64,000 nt of DNA from Hydrolagus affinis (GCA_012026655.1 JAAILG010000259.1:1-64000), one strand, 5' to 3'; positions 1-29,600 are shown, numbered from the stretch's first letter. The notes: generated by a model not told the origin, from the sequence alone. Program-made: numbers and translations.

Positions 1-128
1 GAGAAGGGGAGAAGAGGAGGAGGAGGAAGGTGAGTGGGAGAGAGTCAGACGTTGAGGGGAGACAGGTGGGGGGGGGGAAGGGGGGATCTTACCCCACCAA
101 CCAACCAACCAACCAACCGTCTTCTCAC

Positions 129-270
129 CTCAGCCACTTCCCGTGAGGCGCTTTCACGAGCCGAACTGCCGCACTCCCCACAGAGAGACACACATCATCT
201 GTCTCTCCATGTATGTTCGCGCCTCCTTCTCTCTGCCTCCTCAGCTTTCGCTTTTTTTTTGTAAATTTTA
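129..270 (-). other. Probable non-coding first exon of a minus-strand gene continuing outside the window (5' boundary approximate)
   Basis: Donor GCTGAG|GTGAGA at 129/128 just downstream of the CpG promoter; no recognisable protein. Confidence 0.45.
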
Positions 271-407
271 AAAAAAAACTCCCGCAACTCGTTCTCTTTA
301 ACACCCGGCGTTAAGTGACAGCCGGCGCCGCGTCTAATGACAGAAGAGGAGGGAGTTGTGTGTGTGTGTGTATGTGACTGAAGGAGGAGGAGGGAGATAG
401 AGTGTGT

Positions 408-433
408 CGCGCGGCATGCCGGGAGTTGTAGTC
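408..433 (-). promoter_or_regulatory. ZNF143/Staf site with ACTACA extension (SBS2 / THAP11-type motif)
   Basis: Minus strand reads GACTACAACTCCCGGCATGCCGCGCG. Confidence 0.75.
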
Positions 434-479
434 TCCCGCTGGGTTCCCCCCCCCCCCTCCACCGGGGGTGAGGGCTCCC

Positions 480-505
480 GACTACAACTCCCATCATTCA
501 TCGCG
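480..505 (+). promoter_or_regulatory. ZNF143/Staf site with ACTACA extension
   Basis: GACTACAACTCCCATCATTCATCGCG matches ACTACANNTCCCANNATGCATYGCG-like consensus. Confidence 0.78.
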
Positions 506-574
506 CCCCTCCCACCCACAGTCGGGGGTGATTGACAGCTGAACTGGGGCTGCAGCAGTGAGAGCTACAGTCAC

Positions 575-715
575 TGTCTGTGCTTTGCTGGGTACCCACA
601 AACATGCAGTCAATTCACTGTACAGTACAGTAGTATTCTGTGAAGTGCTTTGAAGACGTGAAAAGCTCTATATCAAATGCAAGGATTATTATTATTCAAC
701 ATCTATTTATTGTTA
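575..715 (+). mobile_element. SINE 3' fragment
   Basis: tattctgtgaagtgctttga...tatatcaaatgcaaggattattatt. Confidence 0.8.
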
Positions 716-1299
716 TTATTACTCAACATCTATTTGTTGTTTTGTTTGTTCGCTGCTGCATCGCACACGGGGCTCAACCCCCCACCACCACCCCCACCAA
801 TAATAGTAATTGCTCTCAGAAGCTGCAGAGGTGGTCCGATTTGCTCTCAGCCAGTGAATTTCCGACCCGCCCCCTTCTTATTGTGAAAGAAGTCCGTTCA
901 TCACTCTGTTGTTAGAAAGAACCTGCTCTGTGGCTCCAAAGGGCGTTGTTCATTCATTGGAAGTGGCAGAGATAAGAGAGGGTTGGGTTGGGTTGAGTTG
1001 GTGCCAAGAATGCAACAGACAATTACAACCACAACTTGCATTTATATAGCGCTCTCCACGCCGGACGGCGTCTCGGAGTGCTCAGAATAGCCACAATAGC
1101 TCAGCAGCAGTGCTGCGACATTGGGAGAGAAATTTGATTTACTATTATTTTCTTAAAACTTGAAGAGAACTCAGAAATCCCACCAAATTACACAAGTCAG
1201 TCCACTTTACAATATATCCTCTGTTTACCTAGCAGTAAGTAGGAACCCGGTTGTTAAGTCGATTGGCGGATCGCTTTTCAAGGGTATTGATTCCATAAA

Positions 1300-1470
1300 G
1301 AAAAATTGGTCACTCCTGTTTGTCGGACACTGCTGTGTGCAACTGGCTGCCGTGTTTCGCCAACAAAATATACACTCAATTCACTTTACAGTGCTGTATA
1401 TTCTGTGAAGCGCTCTGAATCTTCTTGAAGATGTGATATGGTGCTATTTATCAAATACAAGGATTATTAT
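1300..1470 (+). mobile_element. SINE 3' half
   Basis: ggacactgctgtgtgcaactggctgccgtgtttcgcc...caaggattattat. Confidence 0.82.
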
Positions 1471-2139
1471 TTTCCTCTGAAACCCTTTGTAGCGTCTTCC
1501 GAATGCAGTCAATCTTGGAGCTCATTTTCTGAAAGCTCAATTTCTAAAGGGACATTCTTCAATGTGAATGAAATGAATTATTCATCACTTGATGTTTCAC
1601 ATCTCAAGGAATTTACAAACATATTCAAAATCAAAATGATTGCCATCCATGCACTTCGTGCGAAAGCGCCAATAAATAATGGAGTGGAGATTTGAGGAAA
1701 CTTCCACATATTTCTAGGATAAAACTGGTGAGTAAAAATAAGCAAAATCAAATGTTCTAAATCTGAAATAAAACCAGAAAGCCTGGAAATCTACTGCAAG
1801 TCACACAGAAAACTATTCATTTACAATTTGAACATTTATTGATCCCTTACAATTTGCTGGACAAGGTAACCCACTACAAACTATTGTGGAAAAATTCTAT
1901 ACCATTGCATTTTTGAGCACCCAGAATTTGTAAAAATGTTGAATTCAGCCTCAACTTTGTCAGTTTTCTGCCTTTCTTAAAAAATTTAGGGGAAAATATC
2001 TTAAAAATTAAGGCTGGATTAAAAGTTTCTGGTTGACATAAAATGCAACGTAATGTAAATTTAGATCCAGGCTACATTTCTCCTCACTCATCTTCTATAA
2101 GCAAAATGAACTTTATTCTGAGGTCTAAGTAAAAGTGAA

Positions 2140-3005
2140 AGTCACAAACAACGTCCTCTCTATCTGCGACCAGGGCTCCCTCTGCCTCCTTATCCTCCTG
2201 GACCTGTTCGACACAGTCGACCATGCCATCCTCCTCCACCACCTGTCCTCCGTCATCCACCTCAGCGGGACCACACTCGCCTGGTTCGAGTCCTACCTCA
2301 CAAACCACCAGCAATACATCTCCACAAACGGCTTTTCCTCTCGCTCTTATTCATTTACCTGTGGGGTACCCTAGGGATCCATCCTTGGCCCCTCCTCTTC
2401 CTCATCGATATGCTCCCTCTTGGGGATTTCATCTGCAGACATGGGGCACACTTCCACATTTCACAACTCTATTTCTCCATTTCATTTTATGACCCCCCAG
2501 TCCCCTGATGTTCTGTCAGGACATCAGGAGCTGGATGAGTGCAAATGTCTTGCAGCTGAATGTTGACAAGACGGAGGCCATACTCTTTGGCTCTTGTCAA
2601 CGTCTCCATTCGCATGGCTCTCACCTCCTCCATCTTCCTGGTCTGCCCCTAAAACTCTCTGAAACTGTGCGCAACCGTGGCGTCAGGTTCGACCCCCAAC
2701 TGTCCTTCCTCCCCCACATCCGGTCCCTCACCAGCACTGTCTTCTTCCAACTCCGACGGATCATCTGTCTCCGGCAATACCTCACCCCAAAAGCCGCTGT
2801 AACCCTGGTCCACGCCTTCGTCACTTCACGGCTGGACTATTCCAATACCCTCCTCCCCGGTCTCCCCTCCACCACAATCCATAAAATCCAACTCATTCAA
2901 AACTCTGCCGCCCGTATATTCACCCGCACAAAACTTCGCTCCCCCATTACCCCAGTCCTTGCCAGACTTCACTAGCTCCCTATCCCAGAGAGAATTGACT
3001 TCAAG
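2140..3005 (+). mobile_element. Degenerate L2-clade LINE, reverse transcriptase fragment
   Basis: LILLDL..FDTVDHAILL, LAWFESYL, GVP*GS, WMSANVLQLNVDKTE, LVHAFVTSRLDYSN, SPITPVLARLH*LP; stops, frameshifts, YADD region missing. Confidence 0.92.
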
Positions 3006-3144
3006 ACTTCAATAGTCCATTGCAGTGCTTGAAACTAGGTTGATTGTTGGTTATTGGCATAAATAATAAAAACAAGCTGTAACTGGTCACCAGAAAAGTT
3101 AACCAGGTTGTACAGTAATTAATTAATACAATGTTTTAATATTA

Positions 3145-3320
3145 AAATAATCCTTGTATTTGATATAGAGCTTTATCACATTGTTGAGCCATCTCAAAGC
3201 ACTTCACAGAATACTGTATACTGTAAAATGAATGGACTGTATTTATGTGGGTGAAAAGCAGCAGTCATTTGCGCACAACAGTTCCCCATAAACAGTCCTG
3301 AATTGTGACCAAATTATTTG
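3145..3320 (-). mobile_element. SINE 3' half
   Basis: Reverse-orientation copy starting aataatccttgtatttgatatag. Confidence 0.8.
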
Positions 3321-3984
3321 CAATTTTTTTGAAGCAATCCACCAATTGACTAATAACTGGATTTCTACTTCCTGCGAGGTAAACATTGGCGAGTGCAGTA
3401 AGAAAATTTGCCTACGGTTTTACCCTTTTGCTAAGACTAAAAACTAAGACCTATTTATAACCAATAAGTATTGATCCAAAATATACAAGGAGAATAAATC
3501 ACAATGGCTGGAAGATCGTAGTGGCAGCATAGAATTAACGCAATTGAAAAATGTCCTGGGTGCTGACATATTCCTGCGCTTCCCAATGTTGTCCTTTGTG
3601 CACATCATGAACCACTTCAAAAGCATCCAGCCTGTCCACCCTGTTCATATGGTAATGGTTAAAAATAATACTGCTGACAGTTTATTTTATTCAATGTAAA
3701 AAAGGAAGTAACTCGTACCCCCATCCGTTAAATATATATTTTTTTAAAATCACACACAGCTGCACTATCAGAAATAGTACTGTATGCCAATAGCGATACT
3801 CTCACATTAGTACCTGTATTATAGTGCCCTTTGCTCTAATGCAGAATTCTCAGAAAATAGTAGGGATAATCTTTTTAGAGAGACACTAAGTGGATTGCCC
3901 TAGGAGGCCTGGCTCTGCAATGTGATATGAAGCAAAATACAATTTTTGAGCGTAGAAAAACTTACTGTTGCATAACCCAGAGTA

Positions 3985-4562
3985 CTTGCACTGCATCAGG
4001 CTCGACTACAGGAACTCTCTCCTCGTTGGCCTTCCCAGCTCGTCCCTTCACAGGCTGCAGATCATTCAGAATTCTGCAGCTCATCTCCCGTACCAGGCTT
4101 CGCGACATCACTCCCACCCTCGCCCGTCTCCACTGGCTCCCCATCCCCCAGAATTCAAGATCCCAGTCCTCACTTTCAAGGGCCATTCACAGCCTTGCCC
4201 CCGCCTATCTCTCTGACCTACTGTCTCCCTATCAGCCTGCCCGCACCCTCCGTTCAGCAGACTCAGGCCTGCTCCGCGTCCACCGCCCTAACCGCCCAAC
4301 CATCTGTGGCCGAGCTTTCAGCCTCTCTGCTCCCACACTGTGGAACTCCATCCCCCAGCCCCTCTGCCTCGCTTCCTCCCTTTCCTCCTTCAAGGCCGGT
4401 CTCAAGACCTTCCTCTTCGACCTTCGGCTGCCCACCTAACTCTTCCACCTCTCCCACACCCCCCTCCCCCCCACCCCCGCTCGGGTCCCGACCTGACTGT
4501 TCAGCACTTCGGGAATGTCCTCCCGACGCGAAAGGTGTTATATAAGTGCAATTTTGTTGTTG
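3985..4562 (+). mobile_element. L2 LINE 3' end with (GTT)n tail
   Basis: RLDYRNSLLVGLP...ITPTLARLHWLP...GRAFSLSAPTLWNSIP...FKAGLKTFLF*, C-rich 3' UTR, tail aaaggtgttatataagtgcaattttgttgttg. Confidence 0.92.
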
Positions 4563-5224
4563 TATGAAAAAATGGGCATCTGCAGAAAGCGAGGTCAGAT
4601 CACCTCCTTTTTAAATGTCCTTTGCGAATGCGGTAATGTTACAGCTCAACATTTTAGTGTTTACATTTCTTCAAAGAATTTACACATTTTGGCAAGAGCC
4701 TATTTCATACCTATCCACATACAATATAAGTGTATGGTGGAAAAACTCCTGTAATTTTTAAGTGCAGCTATAAGTATAGAGTCAATGTTTCTGCTATTTC
4801 ACAGAAAAAAAGGTAAAATGAATGGACCTACTAATCTCCTTAATGTTATACTTCAGATTGGTTAAGCTAAAAAGATGTGTATAAATATTGGACTGTGCAA
4901 GATTTAACATGTCTTACTGTTAGTAGCAAATGCTTATTTTGCTACTAACAGTAGAAAATGCTTATTTTCTCTGCAACTGCCCATTTGACAAGCTTAGTTT
5001 CTCAGATTTCAATATACAGTAGTTATGAAATTCAGTGTTTGTCTATAAAAATGATAATAGCTAAACTTATCCTTAGCTGTATTAGACGTATTTTTCTACT
5101 GAAATCATTTCATTGCTACGAACAGCTCCACCAAGTGGACACAAAACCATGCTAACAGAAACTAGAAGACGATACAGAATGCGAGGGCACTCATATTTGA
5201 CATTGGCCAGCGAAATTCGTAGAT

Positions 5225-5505
5225 GGTAAACTGGGGTACCCTCTGCCTGTTCAGATGGATGTTAAGATCCCATGGCACTGTTCAAAAAGAGAAGGGCATT
5301 TTTCACAGTGACCTAGTCAACAATTCCCCAAATATATTTGGTCACTCACTCCATGGCTGTTTGTAGGACTTTGCTGTGCGCAACTGGCTGCCTCGTTTTG
5401 CCCACAAAATAGTCAATCCACTTTATAATGTATTCTGTGAAGTAATTTGAGACATCCGAATGACTGGATAAGGCACTATATCAAATGCACAGATTATTAT
5501 TATTT
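5225..5505 (+). mobile_element. Deu-domain-type SINE fragment
   Basis: ctgcctgttcagatggatgttaagatcccatggcactgttc...aagagaaggg resembles the DeuSINE core as recalled, followed by the common SINE tail. Confidence 0.7.
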
Positions 5506-5547
5506 GCTTATGTCTTCCAGCTATAGCCTCAGCACCAAATAACATAT

Positions 5548-5710
5548 AAATAATCCTTGCATTTGATATAGCGCTTTTCACATCTTATCAATGTCTCAAC
5601 GCGCTTCACAGAATATACTGTAAAGTGAATTGACTGTATATTTGTGGGCGAAACGCGGCAGCCAATTGCGTACAGCAGTGTCCCACAAACAGTCGTGGAT
5701 TGAAATATTA
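5548..5710 (-). mobile_element. SINE 3' half (well preserved)
   Basis: Nearly identical to copies at 22384 and 51093. Confidence 0.88.
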
Positions 5711-7044
5711 TTTTATTTTAAAGTGATATTATTTACTAAATTTCATGTTACAGTTCATTTGAATGAGTTTTACTCAACTGAGTTTCCTCTAAATCAGGCA
5801 CAGGTTGACAAGAGCTCTGAGAATGCGTACTGGAGTGATTACTGGCGTTGAACTCCTCCAAATCTTATACAACTATAAGGTTAGCTAAACTCTGCAGTTA
5901 TAGTTAACTTTATTCCTTGTCTAATATCACAGGCATAAAATATCAGACAGTAGCAAACAGAGCATTCTTGAGCAACACCCCTGCTTTACTTAGCTCTTGG
6001 GGCAGAATGTGTATGTCAGTGGAGACCAATTCTGTTTCACAGACAGATGGAGCCTTATGTATTTCTATCTGACCTGCAATGGATTGTTGATCATTAAAAT
6101 ATTCATCTCTTAAGGTCTCTCCAGTTGGAATAGAGCCAGAGTTGACATATGGGTTATTAAAATAATTGCTCAAACTGAATGGTCCTTGGCACCAATTTGC
6201 AGGGAAATCTCACAGCAGATGCTGTATTCCCCCCGATGATTATAATTGGTTCAAAAAGATAATTTCAAGATAATTTCTGCAACACAGTGAACCACGTATC
6301 TCTTAACTCGCAATTTGTGTGGCATACATTGACCTGATCAATGACCAGGCCACATTGACCTGATCAGTGAACTAAAGATATTGCATCAAAACGCGCACTG
6401 TCACTCTTTCATTTCACTGGAAAATCTCCTACTCTAAAAAATAATTCTGATTCTACTGTTAAAAGTCCTTTACATTTTGATTTCTCTGTGTCTTGATCCT
6501 CTATTAACAGTACAGATGGGAAGCCCACGTGATAGAGAAGTCAAATCATATCATCAAAACTCTGTTATGTTACTGGAGGGATTTAGAGAACTTAATACTC
6601 ACACGTATAATTAATAGGGTCATCCCTGGAAAATACCTGAAGACAATCTCAGTGGAAGTGTTGAAATTGTAATTTTCTTAATGAAATTCATTGGCATGAG
6701 TGGTTACATCCTGCCTCCAGTTACCACTATTTGAAAGAGTTTTTCCTGTTAACCAAAAAACCTCCAGTTTAATTTGGTCATTCCCTCAAAGGTGTTTGGG
6801 GTACTTTGCTGGTCCAAAAATGACAGGCAGTCTACAGAGACAATCATTACACTTGACAATAATTACCTTTGAAGCTCTGTTGACATAAGGTGTGAAAAAA
6901 ATTAAATTTCTTTAAATTCTTTATAGAGGACTTTGTAGAGTGTTATGTTCCTATATATATATACAGTATGTATATGGTATATATATACTGTACATACTGT
7001 ATATACATATATATTAAAAATAAGTGGCATCAACATTTAAGTAC

Positions 7045-7050
7045 TTTATT
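7045..7050 (-). terminator. Candidate TMC3 polyadenylation signal AATAAA
   Basis: tttatt on + strand ~600 nt past the stop, followed on the minus strand by a TA/TG-rich tract (6950-7015). Another AATAAA lies at 7595-7600. Confidence 0.35.
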
Positions 7051-7651
7051 GGTGGATGATATGTACAACAAAACCATCTTTATCAGTATAAAAATCTGAA
7101 TTCGAAATAGCAAGTCGAATGAAATCTTCTATTCTTGATCATTAGCACATTCCATCTACTCACCCATCATTTATCATCACCTCCATTGGCAGATCACATC
7201 AATAAAATACTTTAGTGTTCAATGTATTAAAATATAACATGCAGTTTCTGTACCTATAGGAGGGTAAGCGCTCTGAGACGCCATCCAGCATGGAAGGCGC
7301 TATGTAAACGCAAGTTGTTGTTTAGAGATAGCTTTACTTTGATAGTCAATTAAACACCAGCACCACCATTTGCTGTTTTGTTAACTTTGAGAACTTCAAA
7401 GCACAGTTGGTCTTCATTCTAAAAGTAATGCTGATAAGGCTTCAATGCTGAGGATTTGACAGCAATGGAATCAAATATGTCAATGTCAAGATAGCCCAAC
7501 AATCCTATAATCGCAAATGAGAGAACTCTGATTAATAGCTACTTCTATGTGCATATGAAAGTACAACAATGTGCCCGGTTTAATCCTGTAGAGGTTTATT
7601 TTACCCCCAACTATCAAAGTTGGAAGGGGGAAACAAAGAAAATTTCCATCC

Positions 7652-23688
<16,037 letters not shown>

Positions 23689-26600
23689 TGGTGCGACAGT
23701 CCAACTCACTCACTCACTCACTCATTCACAGAAACTACTGATCAGATTCTTTGTGATCTGTATTGCTGTGTGTGTGTGTATGTGGTCCCTGTTTGTCTCC
23801 CTCCCTCCCTCCCTGACCGCCTGGCTGACACTCACTCAATGGATGTGTTTGCCTCGACTTTATTACTGTATTTGCAGCTGGTGAAGATAATGGGAGGGAG
23901 GGGAGGGAGGGGGAGCTTTACTTAGATTCAGCCACAGAGCAGGAGGATCTATACTGACCGCCTCTTAAAGGGGGTGGCGAAATTTCATATGAATCCCCAC
24001 CAAACTCACCCACTCCTCCCCCCCACCCCACCCCCCCATCAAAAAAACTCCCCAGAACATTCATGTAGAACAAGAGACGTCTGATTTCCTTAGAGTTGCA
24101 AGAAATGAAGGCAGATATTAGAGAGGAATGTAATGGTTCGTCCTCACATATTTATATTTGCATAATAATATACAATAAACTCATGATAGCTTGTTGCTTC
24201 AAAGGAAAATGGTTCAGTGAGATGGGATGAAGAATTAAGTATATATATATATCTATGAATTGCATAAATAAATGCGGCCAGGATATTGATAGCATGATGA
24301 CCTAAATTCAACCTAAATTAAAATCAGAAATGGACTAATCATCCTTCCATTTGATATAACGCCTTACAATGTCGCCAAGGTATCTCAAAGTGCTTCAAAT
24401 AAACAGATCTGGGCTTTTTGCCTCCCCGGTCTCCAGATTGCGCCTTTAGCTTTCTGGTTTTAACATTAGCTTGAAAGGTTTTACACTAATATTTCAACAT
24501 TTAAAAACAACTTTCATATAAATCTCGCCCTTCATTTAGGGATGTTGCCTGGGAGCACTTTACTAAGAGGAGGTTGGACACTGAGAGGAGAGGGGAGAGG
24601 AGTGGCAGGAGGAAAGGAAGCAATGGCACAAACCATTAATGAAGGTATTAACTAAGATGGGCGACTTCAAGAATATGATCACCCCCTTGCTCCTCCTTGC
24701 CGTATGTCCACTTTCCTGCAAAGAATCGCATTGGTCTTTTGAAATACAAACCAATTTGCGACCTACCCATTATGAAATAATAAAAATACTCTTAAATTTG
24801 ATATTTAGCCTTTCATGTTAAGGTGATGCTACAAAAGCTCTTCACGAAATTAACTGTTGTGACTGCATATTTTATCGGCAACCAAGTCCTTAATAAATAA
24901 TTCAACTGCACACTTGGCTGATTTTTTTTTTGACCAGCGATTTTCAAGTCTGATTGTTGTTTTGGCTGATTTGTTCATTCAGATATTAGATGTCGGGGCT
25001 GAATATTAAAGCGATGGAGACACTCAAAATTATTTCACAAGAAGTAATTATTCACATGAGAATGTTTAATCACTTTATTATAGAACTACCTCATCAAATG
25101 AAATCCAGTAAATCATTGTAATGTACAACATAAAACCAGATAGCCAACACTGGACAGCACCATTTTCCAATAAGGTTCTTATCATAATACCACATTGACC
25201 TAATAAAGAATGGTTCAAGTGGCCAATTTACGAAGTGAGTCAAATTTAACTTTAATTAAAAATTGTCTCTCTTTAATGACATTTAATCTTTCGTTCAGTT
25301 CTATTTTCTTCCTGGACATGACTTACTATCATTCCCATTAACTTGGTTAACATCACAAGAGATTTGTGTCATTGGGCCAACAATTTAAAATCCAGCACAG
25401 AGAGGTATGAAGTACTGCATTCTACTCTAATACTATTTGATTAAAATGGCAGTCAAGATTCATATTGTAAGCTAATTACATTTTAAATTAATATATTCAT
25501 ACATTCATGCTCTATGCATTCTAAGAATATAGTGGTAGATAGGTTCATGCTGCCAATTTACAATCCCTTTTAACTATTCCTCTAACATCTGGTACCCAGT
25601 CTAAGGGTTGTCCTGTTCCTACTCTCTACAAACATTATAAATCTCTTCAAACCTCCCTTTTAATTTTCCCATTAATCCATTTAAAGGCATTTTTATTTCA
25701 TTTGGGTTCATTTGCTCCTGCTGTGGCTGGGTATGTTCTTATACTGGATGCTCCGCACCTTTCAGAGTCATGCAAAGACAGTGTACTCACTAAATTTATA
25801 GAGAACAAGGGTAATAGTCCACTGTAGAAAATGGTTACTGGAATACCATTACACTTAAACCAATGTGCTTTCATCTTAAATTTAGCCTTTAACGCTGTAT
25901 CAATGCAACAAAAGTTATTTGTAAATCCACAGACTTGGAGCTCCTAGTTCACTGGTGAGTGAATCGGTAGTTACTGAAGTGGGCACATATTGATAAATAT
26001 TGATGCGTATGTCGCACACGTGCTTTGAGTATATAAGTGTACAGAACAGTTTTTCCAAACAAAGAGCAGTGCACTTAGATGTGTGATTTGCGTAAACCTA
26101 TACATAGTGGGATTTCATTTTGTCTTTACATATAGTGACAACAGTTCTCAGAAACTAATTTCCTTTGGTTGCTCAATTTGCCTATACAATTGGGTCTTTA
26201 TTTCCTATTATATTAATCTGTCAATGCACTGCATTTTAACAGAAGCATTGTAAACCCATAACACCATTCCTCAAAAGGCTACCGTTCCTCAAAAGGTCAA
26301 AAGATTGTTTGGCCCATCTCACTCATCCTTTCTGAAACCCACTAGTGTACTATCTTTCCAGTGCAACATCAAGCTGCAGTATTTCTTAAATAAGTCGAGA
26401 ATCCTCTCACCACAACCACCTGATCTGTAAATTTGTTCCACTCTGTGTAAAAAAATACTTCCTAGTGTGGTTCCCAAACCTGCCATTTGTAGCCCTATTA
26501 CCCGTGCTTCCTCGTGTTGCTGATTTGGTGTATGTGAAAGGCCTGCTTCCTCTCCCCTGTTAAACACTTTAATCAAACCAATCGGCAAACACTTTCCTAC

Positions 26601-29600
26601 AGGAAAACGTGTAATAACTCCTTCCCTTACATTGTTTAAGGTCTATCTCAAGATTTAACTCTCTGACTGTGCTTTCAGTCATCGTTTCCCTCCATTCACC
26701 TTGGCTAACACCCCCATCTTGGAAGATCAGCCAGCAGTGTCGAACTATTTGAGCTACCTTTAGGACGTGGAAGGCACTATATAAATTGTACTATATTACT
26801 TTTTCAGTACCGTATTTTATATTTTGTATTTTTGTGGCAATTCAATCTCCAAGTGTAATTGAACATAGCTTGCTCTATTGGTACAAGGGGAACTGCAGTA
26901 TTGCACTTCTGTGACTTTGTTTCAGCCTGCAGGTATACTGATGCTTCGTATAGTAAAAGCACGACATGATTAATAGTCAAACACACTAAAGTAAATTACA
27001 ATCTTGTGCTGTTTGACCTAACAGACACCATTAACATTTATTATGTTGGCTTTTTTAGTATGAGAACCTGCTGAAGCTAAATGAACTATGTAATGATGAA
27101 CCACCTAGAGTATGATATCATTATTAAGCCACATAGATATTCCTTCTTGATTTTATAGATTTACTTACAACGCAATAGCATTAGAGTCACTTCATGGATG
27201 ACAACTGCTTGTTTTCAACGCCTGTGACTGAATGCACAGTCTGTTACTGTAAAGATTTTTTTTTAAAGATTGGGCAAATATCAAATAGTCTCCAGTTTTT
27301 TCCTTTGAGTGAATAAATGCACCATTTCATAACTGATTCGTTATTGGAAAGTGCTCTGAGACGCCATCCGGCATGGAGGGCACTATATAAATCCAAGTTG
27401 TTGTTGTAGATTCAACATCAATACAAAATTATGATTAATTATGAAATGTCATGTTTTCGTTGATAGCCAATGAGCCATCACATTGTAACAGTTGCTGTTG
27501 TTGATGGTACCTTTGCTGCTTTTCACTGTTGAACCAATACAGGCAAAATGGATACTTATTCTAAGGTACGTTATACAGATTGCGATAGAGTGTACTGATC
27601 ATAATGTAGAGAAGGTTGACTTGCTAGTGCAAAATACTGTTCAGGGAGATTATCTTAATCTAAGAACAGTATTATGTACAGATCTACTGTCATACAGTAT
27701 AACTAATTTAATATGTAGAATCAGATTAATAAACAGTCAGTAGAACTTCCAGAGACACAAACTGCTCTGTAAATGTGATGAATGTCAGTTTCAGAGACCC
27801 AGCTGCAGAAGAACTTATTTGGCCAAAGGAGGAGATGATAACTCAAATAGATAGTGAGATGCACTACTGTGCCCACATATACTTCCAGTTCAAGTGGCAA
27901 TGCTGACAAATTAAGTTTAATTTGGACAAGTTCCAGATGCTACACAGTGGACAAAAAACTGGAAGCCACGAACTCCACATGTAGGATAAAACCTGTCAGT
28001 GATGCAATTTTCATCGGCGGGCGTTAGTGTTACAACACAGTACAGTGTATATATTTTAGGCAAGTTTTTGAAGTCAGAGGTAAGCCCTTGCTGGGGGCAG
28101 AAGCCCTCAACAATGTCTCTTACATCCTTAAATCAAATGCAAGGATTACTGTTATTATTAAATTAAAAAATAAGGTACAGAATTAAGATTCAGGCTCCAC
28201 AAACTCTAATCTTACTTGACATTCGAACCAACTATGATATCCGCCACAGAAATGCTTGACAACATAGCGCCATCAACAGGAAATTACTTTGGACACTCAT
28301 CTTAAATGCTCAGCTTTCTCATGTGTCATTGTGTTTGTAATTAAAACGTTATCCATTTTCCAATAGGAGCACAGAGACGCACAATTATAAATACCTCGAT
28401 CACAAGGTGGTTAAATAGAGAATAAAACCACAGTGTTCAGGCTAGGTGTCTCCATTGAAGTTAATCGATACAGAAAACACTCTGAGCAACGTGGCACAAA
28501 ATGTTTCTGTCCTGTGGGCTGGAAATGAACTCACCTGCCCAATTTGATCCTCTTGTCAATATTTTGGTCACTGTAATGATAATGTAAATTCAGTTTCACT
28601 CACTAGAAATGTATCGAAAATAAACGCTCGCTTCCGTTTTCAACAAAGCAAACAAAAAAACATTACAAAATGCCAGTCGGGCACCAAAATGTTCCCACAA
28701 AATGTTCCCACCGAATGTTAAACTCTCTAACCATATTTCTGATGACAGAACATCAATAGCACTTTCGAAATACAGAATGCACTTATATTTTAGGGTCAAA
28801 AGGTTTGCAAAAGCAATCAGTGCATGGTGCAATCAAACGGACGAGAAATGAAACTGCAAATTGTGATGAAACCAGTGCCAGGCACGGCAAGGCTGATGAG
28901 TTATGGCAGCTGGATAAGTAAAGATCTTAGCTGTGCAATAAATAGGTAAGGCTGTCAATATCAACATGGAAATAATGGTTTGTAATTCCAATTTCTACAT
29001 CTCAGCACGACATACACTAATAATAACAATATCCCCAGCATATTCTTAGTTATTCTTCACTGTTTTTTGCACTGACTGTAAACTGTAAGACTAGGCGTGG
29101 AGGGTGCTGTATAAGTGCAAGTTGTTGTTCTGTGAATTTGAAGCTAACTGGACTGAAAAGACTTCTGCATCACCTATTATCAGAAGCGAATAGAGCATGG
29201 TGGAATGTTATTGATGAATACACAGAGTTCCATGGAATATAATATTTGAATCAATAATATGAAATAAATTGCTTTTCAACACAGACACAACATTGAAATG
29301 AGTCATTGAAAAAGAGCCATCAAAAAAGGTTTGATTCGATAGAGGCAGCTTCTATTTCCAGGTGAAACATTATGGAAAAAGCCCAAGTTTAATTGAGGGT
29401 AGAAATGCTAACTGGGCCTAAAAAAACGCTATTGTTTTATTGAATGGTGCCATACTCCAGCCAGCCTCAGGTTATTGGATGCTGTGTGTGCAGCATTTCG
29501 TTTGATGTTCCCCAAACTGGTTTCTGTTTGAGTGACTTCTACAATAGATTTGTTGAAAGCAGTCTATGTACAGCTCTGTACCAACTAATGGTGTATTACA

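Larger units (their letters stand above)
130..560. promoter_or_regulatory. CpG-rich promoter of an unidentified neighbouring gene
   Basis: High GC and CpG density compared with the rest of the window; ZNF143-type motifs; adjacent splice donor. Confidence 0.7.

Noticed and set aside
27-35. Plus-strand consensus donor AAG|GTGAGT
   Set aside because: At the window edge in a purine-rich tract; no upstream exon or downstream + strand exons can be supported.
195-497. 100-aa minus ORF at the promoter as STARD5 or another protein
   Set aside because: Runs through a (CA)n repeat and A-runs, stops before the donor, and resembles no protein I recognise.
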